Shown in pieces: positions 28,761-42,798 of a stretch of DNA of 64,000 bases (the stretch's first letter is position 1; the number at the start of each line of letters is the position of its first letter). The notes below the pieces were generated by a model, which saw nothing but the letters and a program-made list of their open reading frames with translations, was not told the origin of the DNA and searched no databases. This DNA is from the human T2T-CHM13v2.0 reference genome, Homo sapiens, in assembly GCF_009914755.1 (NCBI RefSeq), contig NC_060934.1, one strand, 5' to 3'. Position numbers and translations under genes: made by a program.

Positions 28761-30522
28761 GTAAGCCACTGAGGCCACTGATGGAAAGGGCAGGCCCGTT
28801 GCAAGGCGTGGGGGTGGAGGGTGCTGGCAGCATCTGGTATGTGTCATATCCGGGATACACACAGTCCCACCGTTTGAATAGCAGAATTGCGAGTCTTAAT
28901 TTGGAAAGGGCAAGGCTGCTGCCTCTTTAACAGTGGAAGAAGACAAAATGGAAACAAAGTAGTTACGGTTTAAGTTTTACCTGACCAAGCAAACAAAGAT
29001 TTACTTTTAGATCTGCAAAGTTAATGGAAATAATTATTTACACACTTTAGAAGCGTCTGTTTATGATGTGGAGCTTAGGCATATATCCTAGTACTCAGAA
29101 ATAATCTGTTCTTGAGAACCTACAGACTGTGGCAGGAGAAGCAAACTGCTCATCTAAGATCTAGAATCTCAGTGTTTATTGTGAACCAACCCCAGAGACT
29201 TGAACTGTGTCCAGAGAGAACTGCATTTTATTTTGTTTCTGCCTTCCTTTATTAATTTCAGTACTTTTTCTTAACACCTCTGATGAAACACTCTCCAGCA
29301 AGAAGTTGTAAATGAAATAGTAGTCCTGTTATAGTCTAGGTAGAGAACTACTTGGGGAAAACTCCCAGTAGAGATCAGGAAGGTGTTTAATTGGTTTTTA
29401 GAGACATAAGGTTATGTAACTGCTAAAAATAAAAACAAGGGGGGATAAAGAGTGCACTTATAGACACTGTGGCTTTAAGACTCAATAGAAGAATCAAATT
29501 AACATCTGAAAAATATTTCTTACCAAGCTTTCATTTCCAGTATTACCCTGGTAATTTGTTTTTCTTTGCAATTGTGTATGCATCAGTGATCATATATATC
29601 CACACCCCTTTTCTTCTCTTTATTTACTCTTCTCGTATGACACAGTTATTAAATTAATTATTCTGAATAGTGAGGCATGGAAAATTATGACTTTTTTCTA
29701 TTACTATTATAAAACTCTATTCCCATGTTGTTTCACTAAGATGGTGTAGAGAAATGCATTGTATAGTTATGAACTTAGAACATGCCATGCCAGCAGAAGC
29801 TGCCTGGATCCAAGAGCCAGGTTTAGTCCACAGGGAAGATGTATTGCCACACTGAGCAATGGCACAGGTTTGGAAGAACAGATACGTGATATAGTAGGAG
29901 GGCTCTGTAAAAGTTACCATATGTCCTGTGTCAGGACAAATAGAACTGTGACCTTTCCTCACCCCTGACATGTGGTGTTCATATATGACTTTGGCAGTGC
30001 CGCTGCATTCACCCTAGTTACAAAATTTGCACCCTATTCCTATGCTCTGCAAACCTGGGTTGGGGAAGAAGGGGAGTGGGGATTGTTTCTCTCCACACTC
30101 CTCCTCTCTCATATTTATTGTGACTGTGCATGTATGGATACAAAGCACACAAGTGACATTAAGACCTTAAGGGAAAATCCAGGAATGAGCTACTCCTTCA
30201 AAGCGTGATGTGCATGCAAGCTCTTTTAGATCCTCAACCATGTTACAGTGGCCAATCTAATGGGATAATCATTTGGAAGTGGCCAATGCAATCAATTATG
30301 TTTGAATTCGTAATCAATTGAAGAAGGGATGAATCAGAAGCATTAGCTAAAGTAGTGGCTTTCTTTGATGGTGTTTTACCAAGAGGAGGAATCAGATCAG
30401 GTCCCACCACAGTATGCAGGCTGAGATGATTCATCTTTTCCAAAAACTGAGACTATCAGGAGAACAAAGTAATTCTTCTTTTTCTGCATATGGCTATGCT
30501 GTATTCTTCATTACTTCATGAG

Positions 30523-30993
30523 TGTATGAATTTGCTAGGACTGCTGTTACAAAGTGCTACAGACTGGGTGGCTTCACTATGGAAATTTACTTTCTCACAG
30601 TCCCGGAGGTCAGAATTCCAAGATCAAGGTGTCAGCAGAGTTGATTCCTTTTGAGGCCTCCCTCCTTGACTTATAGATGGTCAAGGAGATGTACCTTATT
30701 ATGTTTCCTCTGTAGGTGTTTGTGTTCAGAGTTGATTCCTTTTGAGGCCTCCCTCCTTGACTTATAGATGGTCAAGGAGATGTATCTTCTCATCATGTTT
30801 CCTCTGTAGGTGTGTGTGTTCCAAATTTCCTCTAAGGACATCAGCCATATTAGATTAGATCACATCCTCATTACCTTATTTTAACTTCATTACTTCTGTG
30901 AAGACCTTTCTCCAAATATGATCACATTCTGAGGAACTGGAGTTTACTTCATGTAGGGATTTTATATTTTTGTAGATAAATTCAGTCCATAAC
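30523..30993 (-). mobile_element. MaLR solo LTR (MLT1B/C-like) with an internal 91-bp tandem duplication
   Basis: tgtatgaatttgctaggactgctgttacaaag...ccaagatcaaggtgtcagcag...aattcagtccataaca. Confidence 0.82.
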
Positions 30994-31969
30994 AATGAGT
31001 CTCATGTCCATAAAAGAAAAATCCTTTGCTTTTGTGAGATGCATGTACATCTCTAATTTTTGTAACACACATAAGCAGATATATACCTATAGTTTAAGTG
31101 AAATGATGTACATATTTAATAATTTTGGCCTTCTGTCTTCATATTTCTTGCATATTTCAGTACAGACAGCCTGTTATTTAACATAGACTCACAACATAGC
31201 TAATCATGACAAAAGACTAGCCTAAGACAAAATTGGAACTCGAGTAGGTTAATAGATGCCTATAAATCTCCTACTGGTGTGTATGAATAAATCACACATC
31301 ACATGTGCCTGCTATTCATCTCTCAAGCTTTGCTGTGAATAAAAGGCTTACATTTGTTCCTGCATCAGCCACTTCTAAAAATTCCAATGTAGTTATTAAT
31401 AAAGTGCCATTTTGTACAGCACTCTATTTAAGTAGTATGTTTCAGTCATACTCCTATTCAACAAATGTTTACTGAGCACCTCCTATCACTAAGATACTAT
31501 TGAATAAATACATACAGAAATGAATTTAAAAATTAAATGTCACAGTGCTTTGTAATGTGTTTGGAGTAAGAAAAATACTTCATCGTTAGGAAATTTTAAA
31601 AAGCAAAATACTTCAGTGACTGACATGCTACCAGGAGTATGTTTATGACATAGTAGTTACTGGATTTTGTTTCAAGTTAAATAAGATGCCATTTAATAGA
31701 TCTGAGCAGCAATATAAAGGCTTATGCATGACCCTGGCTTATTCAATAGTTTATTTTTTTGTGTCTCAAAAGATTAGACATCTAAATCTGAAAGAAATTA
31801 AAATTATATTTCCTAGATTAAAAAAAATTGTAATCCTATAATAAACTGCATCAAATATTTTTCTGTGTTGTGAAAATAGACCATGCTCTGACACATTTCT
31901 GTTTTCTTCTCAAGGAACGATAAGAACACAATTACCAAACTATTCGTGATAGAAATCCTGAAAGTACAT

Positions 31970-32003
<34 letters not shown>

Positions 32004-32211
32004 ACAATAATAATCCCAGAAAAGGGAGGAGTTGAAAGTGGGGGACATGTTTGTTTCTTCATAATTTTCTTATTCCAGTTCTTCAAGAAACACTTGTGGT
32101 ACCAGTACTTAGAAATTATAAAGCAATTTAATTAAAAAAAAAAAACTTGACAGAAGGATTTTTAAAGAACAAGAAATAGAGAAAATAGATTTTCCTAAAT
32201 TCAAAATATAA

Positions 32212-32581
<370 letters not shown>

Positions 32582-33330
32582 TGAAAATATAAAGCCACAG
32601 ATTATCCACAGGCTAATTAGTGAAAACAGATTGTGGTATATTGTGGGACTTAGTATAGAACAAGGCTTGATTCATAAACCAGAGGAAAATGAGAGACTGA
32701 TTGTTCAATAAATGATTGACTATCAGGTAAATAGAATCAGAAGTGTATGTTGACCCCTCTTTCTATACCAAAAGTATACTAATGATTTCAAAAGTTAATG
32801 TAATAAACAAATAAAGCCTAAGGAAAATAATAAGTAAAATTACATGTTTATTTATGTTCAGCAATTGTAAGGACCTTGTGAGCAAATAAAAGCAATGGAA
32901 GGCAAAAATTAACAACTTTGACACAGCATTTTTTTATCTGAATATCATAAATCAGAAACAAAATTAAAAGACAAACTGTGAGGAAACCGAATAACAAATA
33001 TGGCAAAGAATTAAAACCCTGAAGAAGTCATGTAGATCAAAGGGTAACATTAAAATAAAAGCTCAATAGGGAAATTGACAAAGGGGAGGAACATAATCTA
33101 TCTAAAAAGAAATACAGATAACCAGCAAACAAATATACTCAGCCTCACAGAGAAATGCAAATTAGGTGTTTTTTTCCTATCCTTTATTTAAAGATTTTTA
33201 AAAGTGACTACTATACCCAGTTTGGTAAGGGGGCTGTGAAAACACGTGTCCACAAATACTACTTGAGGGAGTGCACTTTGTTAAATATTTTTTGTAGGTA
33301 ATATTTTAGTATGTTTTAAAAGCCTTATAC

Positions 33331-33648
33331 TGTTTTTTGTTTGTTTGTTTGTTTGTTTGTTTTTTGAGACGGAGTCTCGCTCTGTCACCCAGGCTGGAGT
33401 GCGGTGGCGTGATCTAGGCTCACTGCAAACTCCGCTTCCCAGGTTCACGCCATTCTCCTGCCTCAGCCTCCCTGGTAGCTGGGACTACAGGCACCTGCCA
33501 CCACACCTGGCTGATTTTTTGTAGTTTTTTAGTAGAGACGGGGTTTCACTGTGTTAGCCAGGATGGTCTCAATCTCCTGACCTCGTGATCCACCCACCTC
33601 AGCCTCCCAAAGTGCTGGGATTACAGGCGTGAGCCACCACACCTGGCC
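33331..33648 (-). mobile_element. AluY with a (TTTG)n tail, probably within old L1M sequence
   Basis: gagacggagtctcgctc...ggttcacgccattctcc...ttagccaggatggtctc. Confidence 0.92.
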
Positions 33649-35634
33649 CATAGACATGCTTGTGAATATTTATTTGTAGGGATGCTCACCACATTTTTAT
33701 CTGTAATAGCAAAAATTTTTAACAAGTATGAATTATGAATTTAAATGTCTATATAAATTAGAATATATTTGTACATTGAATGAATTTTCACAGTGTTTTG
33801 AGGATATCCAATGGTCACTATGTCATGTTAGGTATAAAAATGTAATATGAAATTGCAAACTTGAACATATAGTAGAATCCTAATTCTGAAAAAAAAACTA
33901 AAAAGGTTGATAGTTTACAACTATTTCCTTCTTTCAACTTGGCAAATTTTCTAACATCTCTATATTACACATATATTTCATTTATGTAACACCCGGTTAA
34001 GAGAGTTGACTCCTGCCTCTAGTCTTTCCATTAAGAAATATAGATAGTGTCCTTGTCTCTTTAAAATCAAGGTCATTATAATTCACTATTATTGAGCTGA
34101 TAAGAGAACTTTCAATTAAGTGCTTCCAGATTAAGCACTACTAAGTCTATTTGAATGTGTCTGCTCCTTCTTTTATTAATAATTCATTGATACTTTTTAT
34201 AATAATTCTTTTTCATGTTGAAATCATGTTTTGAAAACATTAAAAACATTGGATTTAATAAAAGGTAGATACACCCCATAGAAATGAAGCTGGATGAAGA
34301 AGGAAAATAAGTCAGCAGAAACACTTTGAATCAAAATATTCTGAATAAAATCAGAATATTCTATGATCTTTTCATTTTTATGCCATTTCTAGAAATTTTA
34401 AAAATGTTGGCAATGGTGCTATGTATAATATACTGCACTAGATTGAAAAGAGGTAGCCACTGTAATTGAAAAGATTGCTACACATTTGAATGGACCAAAT
34501 GTGTTTTAAGACCAAATTCAAGTAAAAAGGATGTGTCTCTTCTGAACTGAAGCTCATTAAATGTTTCACCGGCCTTCCTGCAAAAATGGATTTTCAAAAC
34601 TTTGGAAAGGATAGCATTTAAGCTGAATTTGACCTGTATTGACCATTTTGGAAATCAGCCAAGCAATTCGCTTGAAGATACTTGAAGCACTTGAAATATG
34701 GAATTGCTGGAAAAAGAATAAGACAGCCCAATAGCTACCATTGCCCAGGGTGATACTTTGGTAACAGGACTGATGGCTTGTATAACAATCTGACATGCTG
34801 ATAGGAGTTGGGGAGTGGGGGCAGCCATTGGGAAGGGCAAAGGGAACCCTAAGAGTAGTTTTTTCTCCCTATTATGACTGGCTGTCTCTGAGTAGGTTTT
34901 GAAATAAAAGCTTCCATTTTTAAGAGAATTGATTGGTCATTGCGTAACGACAATTCTACGATATAACAGGACCATCCCAGTTAGTGCTTTGCCCTGTCAC
35001 TTTGGAGGTCCATTAGCTCTTCCATTCAGTGAGGGTCCTCTATATCAAATGGTTCTCCAGTAAGTGCTCTGAGAGCAGCAGCTAATGATTCCCTGTGGTT
35101 GAAGCAAGTCAGAATGAAAATGGAGTTTTGGCACACATCCCTGAATTCCATCGACAGGAGGGAATGAAGGCTAAAATATCTATAAATCCAGGCCAGGCTG
35201 CAGAGTCACTGCAGATTCCCTGCAGAGTGGTGTTAATAACAAGGTGAAGAACCTTAGAAGAATTTGCAAGTTCATCAAAGAAGTGTTCATGGGAATGATT
35301 GCCATAGCCCAGACATAATTTAAGTAATTTGCAATAGCCATATTGATAACAGGTGGTCTACCGATTGCTTTTGACAAGAGGAAATGAAGAAAGTTATAAT
35401 TATTCTTCCTCTCTGTGGACATAGCTTGTCATGATAGTCTTAGAAACTCGGAAAGCAAGCAAACCAACAACACAATGAATGTTATTTTGTAATTCCATGA
35501 CACTTAAGCAGTGGTTTACCTCTTCTAATTCGACCTCTTTGTATTAAAATTAGTTGGCAGTTAGTACATTGCTTTGGATATGGATATTTAAGTATCATGC
35601 AAAAAAACAAAAAAGCACATTCAACCAACACATC

Positions 35635-35793
35635 ATTTAGTTATTAGCCAAAGATTACTTTATTTTAATGTTTTCTTCTGTGATTGGAATTTAGTTATTA
35701 GCCAAAGATTACTTTATTTTAATGTTTTCTTCTGTGATTGGAATTTAGTTATTAGCCAAAGATTACCTTATTTTAATGTTTTCTTCTGTGATT
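35635..35793. repeat. 54-bp tandem repeat, ~2.9 copies
   Basis: Unit atttagttattagccaaagattactttattttaatgttttcttctgtgattgga starts at 35635, 35689 and 35743, with one substitution in copy 3. Confidence 0.95.
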
Positions 35794-37603
35794 AGTGGCT
35801 CTATCTGAAGCAGGAAATGGTGTTTTTTAAGGAGGTCATTATGACTTGGGTTTGCTTTTGTATCCAAGAATTGACACAAATTTGTTTATTTAAAATACCT
35901 TCCCTGTGTGAGTTGGGGTAAGACATACAAGAGGCAAATGTGAGTGTTCAAAGCTGAGAGACCTGAGTTCAAAGTCCTACTCAGCTTTCTACTAACTCTG
36001 ATTTTTTGCAAGTCATTTAATCAGAACCTTCAATATTTAATTTTTTTAAGATAGTCTAATAGTTGCCCCAAAAGGCCAATGAAAGAATTGAAAGCAACAT
36101 ATAGAAAACTATGACTGTGAAATAGATACTATGTATATATATGATAGCTCTTTCCTCTCTCCTTTATGCTCATATTGAAGCCAAGGAAAAGCATATTTCA
36201 AGAATCCCGTGAGAGAAATTGTACCAGTATCATCTGCCTTATTTAATTAACAGGAGACTTCGGTTTAAAAGTGGGGAGGGGCATGCCAGAGAATTCCTGT
36301 CTACTGTATATTCTCAGGACTCAGAATTCCTATCGCTAATTTTAATACTTTGACAAATTAGCAATTTTCTATTATTTGTTACATTCTGCAAGCATTTCTT
36401 GATTTTTCCCTCATTGCTTTTCTTAACGACTCTTCATGGGTTTAAAGGAAATATTATTTTTCCTTTCCTACTTAATCAGCGTAACGGGCCATAATTGTGT
36501 CAATAACATGAAATTGTTGTCGATTTTGCAATTTTGTGACACAATACAATAGGCTGTTGACTTTTTTATTTTTTTATTTTTTTTGCAGAAAAGAAAAATA
36601 CACTTTCATGTGAAAATGTACACACTGAAAATTATAGATTTTACTTGTGGAAAATATATGATTCAAGAAAAATGAAGTGATTTACTTTTTTCTTAATTCT
36701 TTCCCAAAATAGTTTTCTGAAAGTTTAGCTATCTGTATACTTCAGTGTTTAAAATATGTAGGCACTAAAATTCTTAATGGCATAAAATAAAAATAATCTG
36801 CTTTACGAAAGCCTACAGAAAATAATTTAAAAGGAACATTTTTTAAACGCAGGATATGTTAGCAGCGAATATGGAACCCAAGATAAGCAAGGCGTGTTCG
36901 ACTCTACCTAGACAGTGTCAGATCTCTGGCAGTTAGTACATTGCTTTGGATATGTAGCTTTTAGCTGCTCTCCTTTGTAAGTTTTAAGACCAGGCTTGTT
37001 TATGTATAACTATTCAATGTCATACACACACGGAGACGTGCACACACTCTTTTTGTTTGCTCCCATGATGATTTATTTACCAGCTGTAAAATGGGGATGA
37101 TGATAACTGTCCTTCCTGGCAGTCATTGGACCATAATATATGTGAATGTCAATTGGAAGTTGTAAAATGCCATATAAATGCAAGATATTGTAGCTATGCA
37201 AAACCTAAAATTACCTAATTGATTTTGGTCTGTCCCTTAACCCTTATAATGAGAGTGCTAGCAACTAAAACACCTTGAAAATTACTGGAGTGTTTTTATA
37301 GCCAATAGACTCCAGAATTTATATAGCACTTAGAACTTTATCAAACTTTCTTTGTACTAGTCTGATTATTTAAAGAAGATCTCACTATATAATGATGTCT
37401 TTAAAATATTTAATTTTAAAAAGATAAAAATCTTTTTAAAAGATAAATATTTTTTAAAGATAAATAAGAATATTTTTATTTCCTTGCAGACTCTTTAAAA
37501 AGTGTTGTCTTTTTGTCTTCTGTTTTTCCTAATAATTCTTATTTGGTCTGGCTGGTTGGATTCAATGCTCCACTGCTACTAGCAGACAAATTATACATAT
37601 TCT

Positions 37604-37929
37604 TGACCGAACGTGGTGGCTCACGCTTGTAATCCCAGAACTTAGGAGGCTGAGGTGGGCAGATCACATGACCTTGGGAGTTCAAGACCAGCCTGGCCAA
37701 CGTGGCAAAACCCAGTCTCCACTAAAAATACAAAATATTAGCCAGGTGTGGTGATGCATGCCTGTAATCTCAGCTACTTGGGAAGCTGAGGCACAAGAGT
37801 CACTTGAACCTAGAAGGTGGAACTTTCAAGGATGCAATAAGCCGAGATCATACCACTGCACTCCAGCCTAGGTGACAGAGTGAGACTCCATCTCTAAATA
37901 AATAAATAAGTAAATAAATAAATAAATAA
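37604..37929 (+). mobile_element. Alu (older S/J) with a (TAAA)n tail, inserted in a MIR-like segment
   Basis: Both Alu arms present; acatattct is repeated at both flanks. Confidence 0.9.
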
Positions 37930-39202
37930 AACATATTCTCTGTGATTCAGTTTTCTTATCTGTGAAGTGGGAAAAACAATATTACTACTTCCCAGGATTA
38001 TTTGAGGCTTGATATAGGTAAAGTTGAGATGCCTGGTATTGAGTAAACACAGGGAATTTGGGGTAAGTCCAGTATAATATAGTAAGTTACAGGTATTGTT
38101 ACTTTATCTGCACAGCTTTGTTGACAGGTCAGTGTACTTGTGTCAGAACTTCTTGATAGGTACTCAGAGTCTCCCAGCACAGTGAGTCTTGTGCAGAGAG
38201 TTCAATTTAGATCCACTAATGGGAATAAAAGAGAACAGGCACAGATACATTATTTAAAAACACAATAATACCAGATCGTGCACAAGAACACATTTTAGAA
38301 TCAAGGATCATTGTAATTATTCAAGTAGTAAACTTAAAAGACAGGCAGAAATAGGAGGCCACCTTTTGTTAGGGGAATGCTCCCTTTTGACAGTTCCTGA
38401 AGAAAAAACATGGGAAAAACACTCCTTACCACCTACAGTTTAGGCCATTCCTGCTGTTGACCCTTCAGATGTGTCCCCGAACTGCCTCACCAGGCACCTG
38501 CTTCCTGCCTGAGAGTTTCACTATCTTGTGAGGGATGGGACAGTCTGGAAGCTTCTCCCATGCAGACAGAGCAGAGAGAGAATTATGCAATATTTTGTAT
38601 CCCAGATAAAATTATATAGTTTAAGTGGATTATGGATTATTTCACCAAATTTATTTTAAAAATTAAGAACATATCCATAAATATTATTTTAGCCAGAGAT
38701 GATCTATCAGTACAAATGTGAACAGTAACCTTGGTACCACAGGCCCCGCCGTGCAAGCTTCTTGGGTAAATATTTCAATAAAACCTTCTCAAAACAGGAT
38801 AAAGATGGCTCAGCTGTTCTGTGGACTCTGCCGAGGCAATGAGGGAATTTGCCGTGTCCTTCTGTGGTCTGCCCATCTCTGGGGCTACTGAAAGGATTCT
38901 TCCTCCAACCTAAGTTTCACAGCATCAGGCAGCACTTCTGGGTTCCTGAGCATGCTATTTCTTTCCAAATCACTTTTGTCTGATCATCATTTACAAACAT
39001 AAAAGATGGCTTAAGGGCCAAATCACAATTTTTATGCGTAAACCAAAATGTCAGTGTTTGTGTACCAGACTAGGGAGGCTGACACCAGGTTCTACATGCT
39101 TCGCCTCCCCACTAAACTCTCTCCTTTATTGTCCCAGTGGTTCAGGAATTCAAACTGCTTCAAAATAAGACATTTAAACTCTGGCTTTATGTACTCTACT
39201 TA

Positions 39203-39490
<288 letters not shown>

Positions 39491-39773
39491 TTAGCTCCCA
39501 AAACTTTTCAGGCATAATGGGAAATTTTAATAACTTTCTCTGTAAAATAAGCATAATCCAAGGATGTTCCATGATGAGTATGACATATACTTGACCTAAT
39601 TATAATTTGATTACACTCAAATTCATAGAAAAGCAAGACTATCATATACTATGTGGATTTTTCTTAATGTAACTTTCACCAGAATGTACAACCTCTGTAT
39701 TGTTATCCCCACTTTGCAGAAATCAGCTGTGAGTTTCCTGAGTCACTCAGTGCTAGCAGGCTTTGGATGATAA

Positions 39774-40524
39774 TGAAACGAGAGAGTTCCCTGACATATG
39801 ACAGGGGTGTGGCTCACCTGTTTTTGGTCGTCCCCCAGCTGAAACCCCTGAAGGAGGGGAAGCATGCAGAAGGGCAGTGCAGAGGCGGGGGCAGGTGCTT
39901 TGGCTCCACAGTGGTGTCTGGAGGTGGATACCTGCAACCCTCCACGTTACAAAGCTCTTTCAGTTTTGCCATCTGCAGATGGCTTGAGTGTTAATCAGCT
40001 CAGTGGACCCTCTGCTTTATCGCAAGGGCAGGGGGCCAGTGTGACAGCCTTCTGTATCCCAAGCTCTTGCCCAGTGGCTCAGAAGAATTGGATCACATGC
40101 AGGCTGGAAGGATGAGTGCAAGGTTTTGTTGAGTGGTGGAGGTGGCTCTCAGCGAGATGATGAGGAGCTGAAAGTGGGGATGGAGTGGGAAGGTGATATT
40201 CCCCTGGAGTGGGGCTGCCCAGTGGCCAGCCTCCTCCAGTCACCCCCTGCTGAACTCCCCTCAGCATCCAGACATCCCTCCTCTTCTCTTTCTCTGCCGC
40301 GTCGTTCTGCCATTGCTGATCTGCTGGTCTGCCCTGGAGCTTGTGGTTCAGGGTTTATATGGGGGCAGGATAGGGGAATGGAAAGCCAAAAGGCAACTTT
40401 TTGGGCATGAAAACAGAAATGCCTATTCTTATTCAGGGATGCGGGCATCTAGGCTTAAAGGTGGGGCCTTTGCCAGGGAACCACCCTCTTCAACCCAGTA
40501 TTTTCCCATTTCCTGTCCGTATCA
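39774..40524 (-). mobile_element. ERV1 solo LTR (LTR27/MER52 family)
   Basis: TG...CA termini (tgaaacgagagagttccctgac...cctgtccgtatca), 4-bp TSD ataa (39770-73 and 40525-28), GC-rich, with a TATA-like element on the minus strand (gtttatatggggg). Confidence 0.8.
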
Positions 40525-41494
40525 ATAAGGTAGAAGAGAGCGCCCTAAAACCCATTCTTTTCACTGTATCCCAACTCTGTGTCAGTGCACGTTAACATCC
40601 AACTACTCTTTTATTTCGTTACCTATGTACCTACGTATTACTTGAGAAAACTAAAAAATTGACAGAAGGGCCAAGCATTCCTTGTTTTATAGAAAAAAGC
40701 CAAAGACAGTGTTTCCAGAGTTTATCTCAGAGTAAATCTCTAAAAATATGTTTATTTTTTTAATGCTCACAGCGATTCTGGTGGCTTTATGAATATCAGG
40801 AAAATATTTCTACTAAAGGCAGCTTAAAATCCACCTTACAAACACACACACACACACACACACACACATTCACACACATGCATATACACACAGTCTGTTT
40901 ACTAGGTATCTGGCATCATGCAAGACACTGAGGTTCAGTGGCAAATGAGACCAAAAGTTCCTTCTTGTCAATAACTTGCTATAAGAGCACTGGGAAGCCA
41001 ACAGAATCTAGTGTGGAAGGGAACACAATGGGCAGATTCTGACCATACTGGGCAGTGAAGCTCATATTTGGGATTATAGGGAAACGCATTCTAGGCTGGT
41101 AAACTGAGGGAAAATATCTTCCTCAACTATATAAAATCCCTCATGCAAGTTTTATCAAATGAGAAATTAAGGATAAAGTGAAAGGAATAAAAAAGATGAG
41201 AGCATTACACCTGGTTTGGGGAATATGTTTTTAGAAATATACATGCCATATGTGAGGCTATAGAATGGCACTTTTTGTTCTATTTTATGTACACTCAGAA
41301 GTAAATGACAATTTAATACATTCTTTTATCATTCTGCCAATGTTTATTAAGCATTTTCAATGTTCCGAGTCCACTGTAAAGTGGTAAGAATATAGTGATG
41401 AATGTTCTCAGAAAAACTCATAAGAGAGGGGTTGAGTTGGATATTTTCTACTTCAATTCAATATGACAAGTTCTGTGATAGATATGAGCTATGC

Positions 41495-41923
41495 TCATAT
41501 CTGTTTTGTGTTGCTGTAAAGGAATACCTGAGGCTGGGTAATTTATAAAGAAAAAAAAGGTTTCTTTGGCTCATGATTCTGATAGTTGGGAGGTTCATGA
41601 TTGGGCATCTGCATTTGGTGAAGGTCTCAGGGTGCTTCCACTCCTGGAGGAAGGTGAAGGGGAGCATTATGTGCAGAGATCACACAAGGAAAGAGGGAAC
41701 CAGTGGTGAGGTGCCAGGCTTTTTTCAACACACAGTTCTCTTGGGAACTAAAGAATGAGAGCGCACTCTCCTCTGAGGGAAGGCATCAATCTGTTAATGA
41801 GACATCTGCTCTCATGACTCAAATACCTCCCAATAGGCCCCTCCTCCCAACACCCCCACAATGGGGGTCTAATTTCAACATGAGAGTATGTGGGGACAAA
41901 CAAACCATATCCAAATCATAGCA
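41495..41923 (-). mobile_element. MaLR solo LTR (MSTB-like)
   Basis: gttgctgtaaaggaatacctgaggctgggtaatttataaag...aaaccatatccaaatcatagca. Confidence 0.85.
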
Positions 41924-42477
41924 CTCATATGTACATAGAAGATTCCAAAAATCAGTGCTCATGAAGCCAGGACGGGCTTCAGAGAGGAGATAACACATTA
42001 ATTTGCATTTGGAAAGATAAGAGCCTTTTTATTTCTCATTTGGAAGCCTACTCTTGCTGGCCAACAAAGGCTTGGAGAGTTGAGCTGCTATTGGAGAAGT
42101 TTCTCTTTAAATCCAAGAGGGAGGGAAATTTCAAAATTACTTTAGATGCAATTAGAAGTAATCAGCTTCATGTCATAAATTTTTGATGCAATTGGTCCCT
42201 TCCTTTCTGGATTATTTTTTCTCTCATGTCCAGATGGTTCTCACAAACATATCAGAAGATGATGACATTTTTAATTTCTTTCACTCAAGCTCTGAATTTA
42301 TCTGAATGGAAAGTATAGAGAAGAGTGCGATTCTTCAAGCCTAACAAGTATATCACACTGATTAAATTATGAAATTAAGATTTTTTAAATTCAAAATTAA
42401 TGTATAACTTTTATCTACATATTTGAGATATTCACAAAGACAATTTTATTGTTCCAATCAAAAATTAATTGTATTAA

Positions 42478-42798
<321 letters not shown>

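Noticed and set aside
28474-28764. 96-aa ORF as a stand-alone gene
   Set aside because: It starts at a non-ATG codon in intron sequence. Only 28631-28760, bounded by canonical splice sites, matches NRG3.
28375-28862. Antisense ORFs (161 aa and 92 aa) overlapping the exon
   Set aside because: Shadow ORFs of a GC-richer coding exon, with no recognisable domain or promoter evidence.
35635-35793. CRISPR-like array
   Set aside because: Head-to-tail repeats with no unique spacers, in mammalian DNA: a minisatellite.
39743-40595. Cluster of overlapping ORFs in a GC-rich segment
   Set aside because: Explained by a GC-rich ERV1 solo LTR with TSD; no gag/pol/env similarity.
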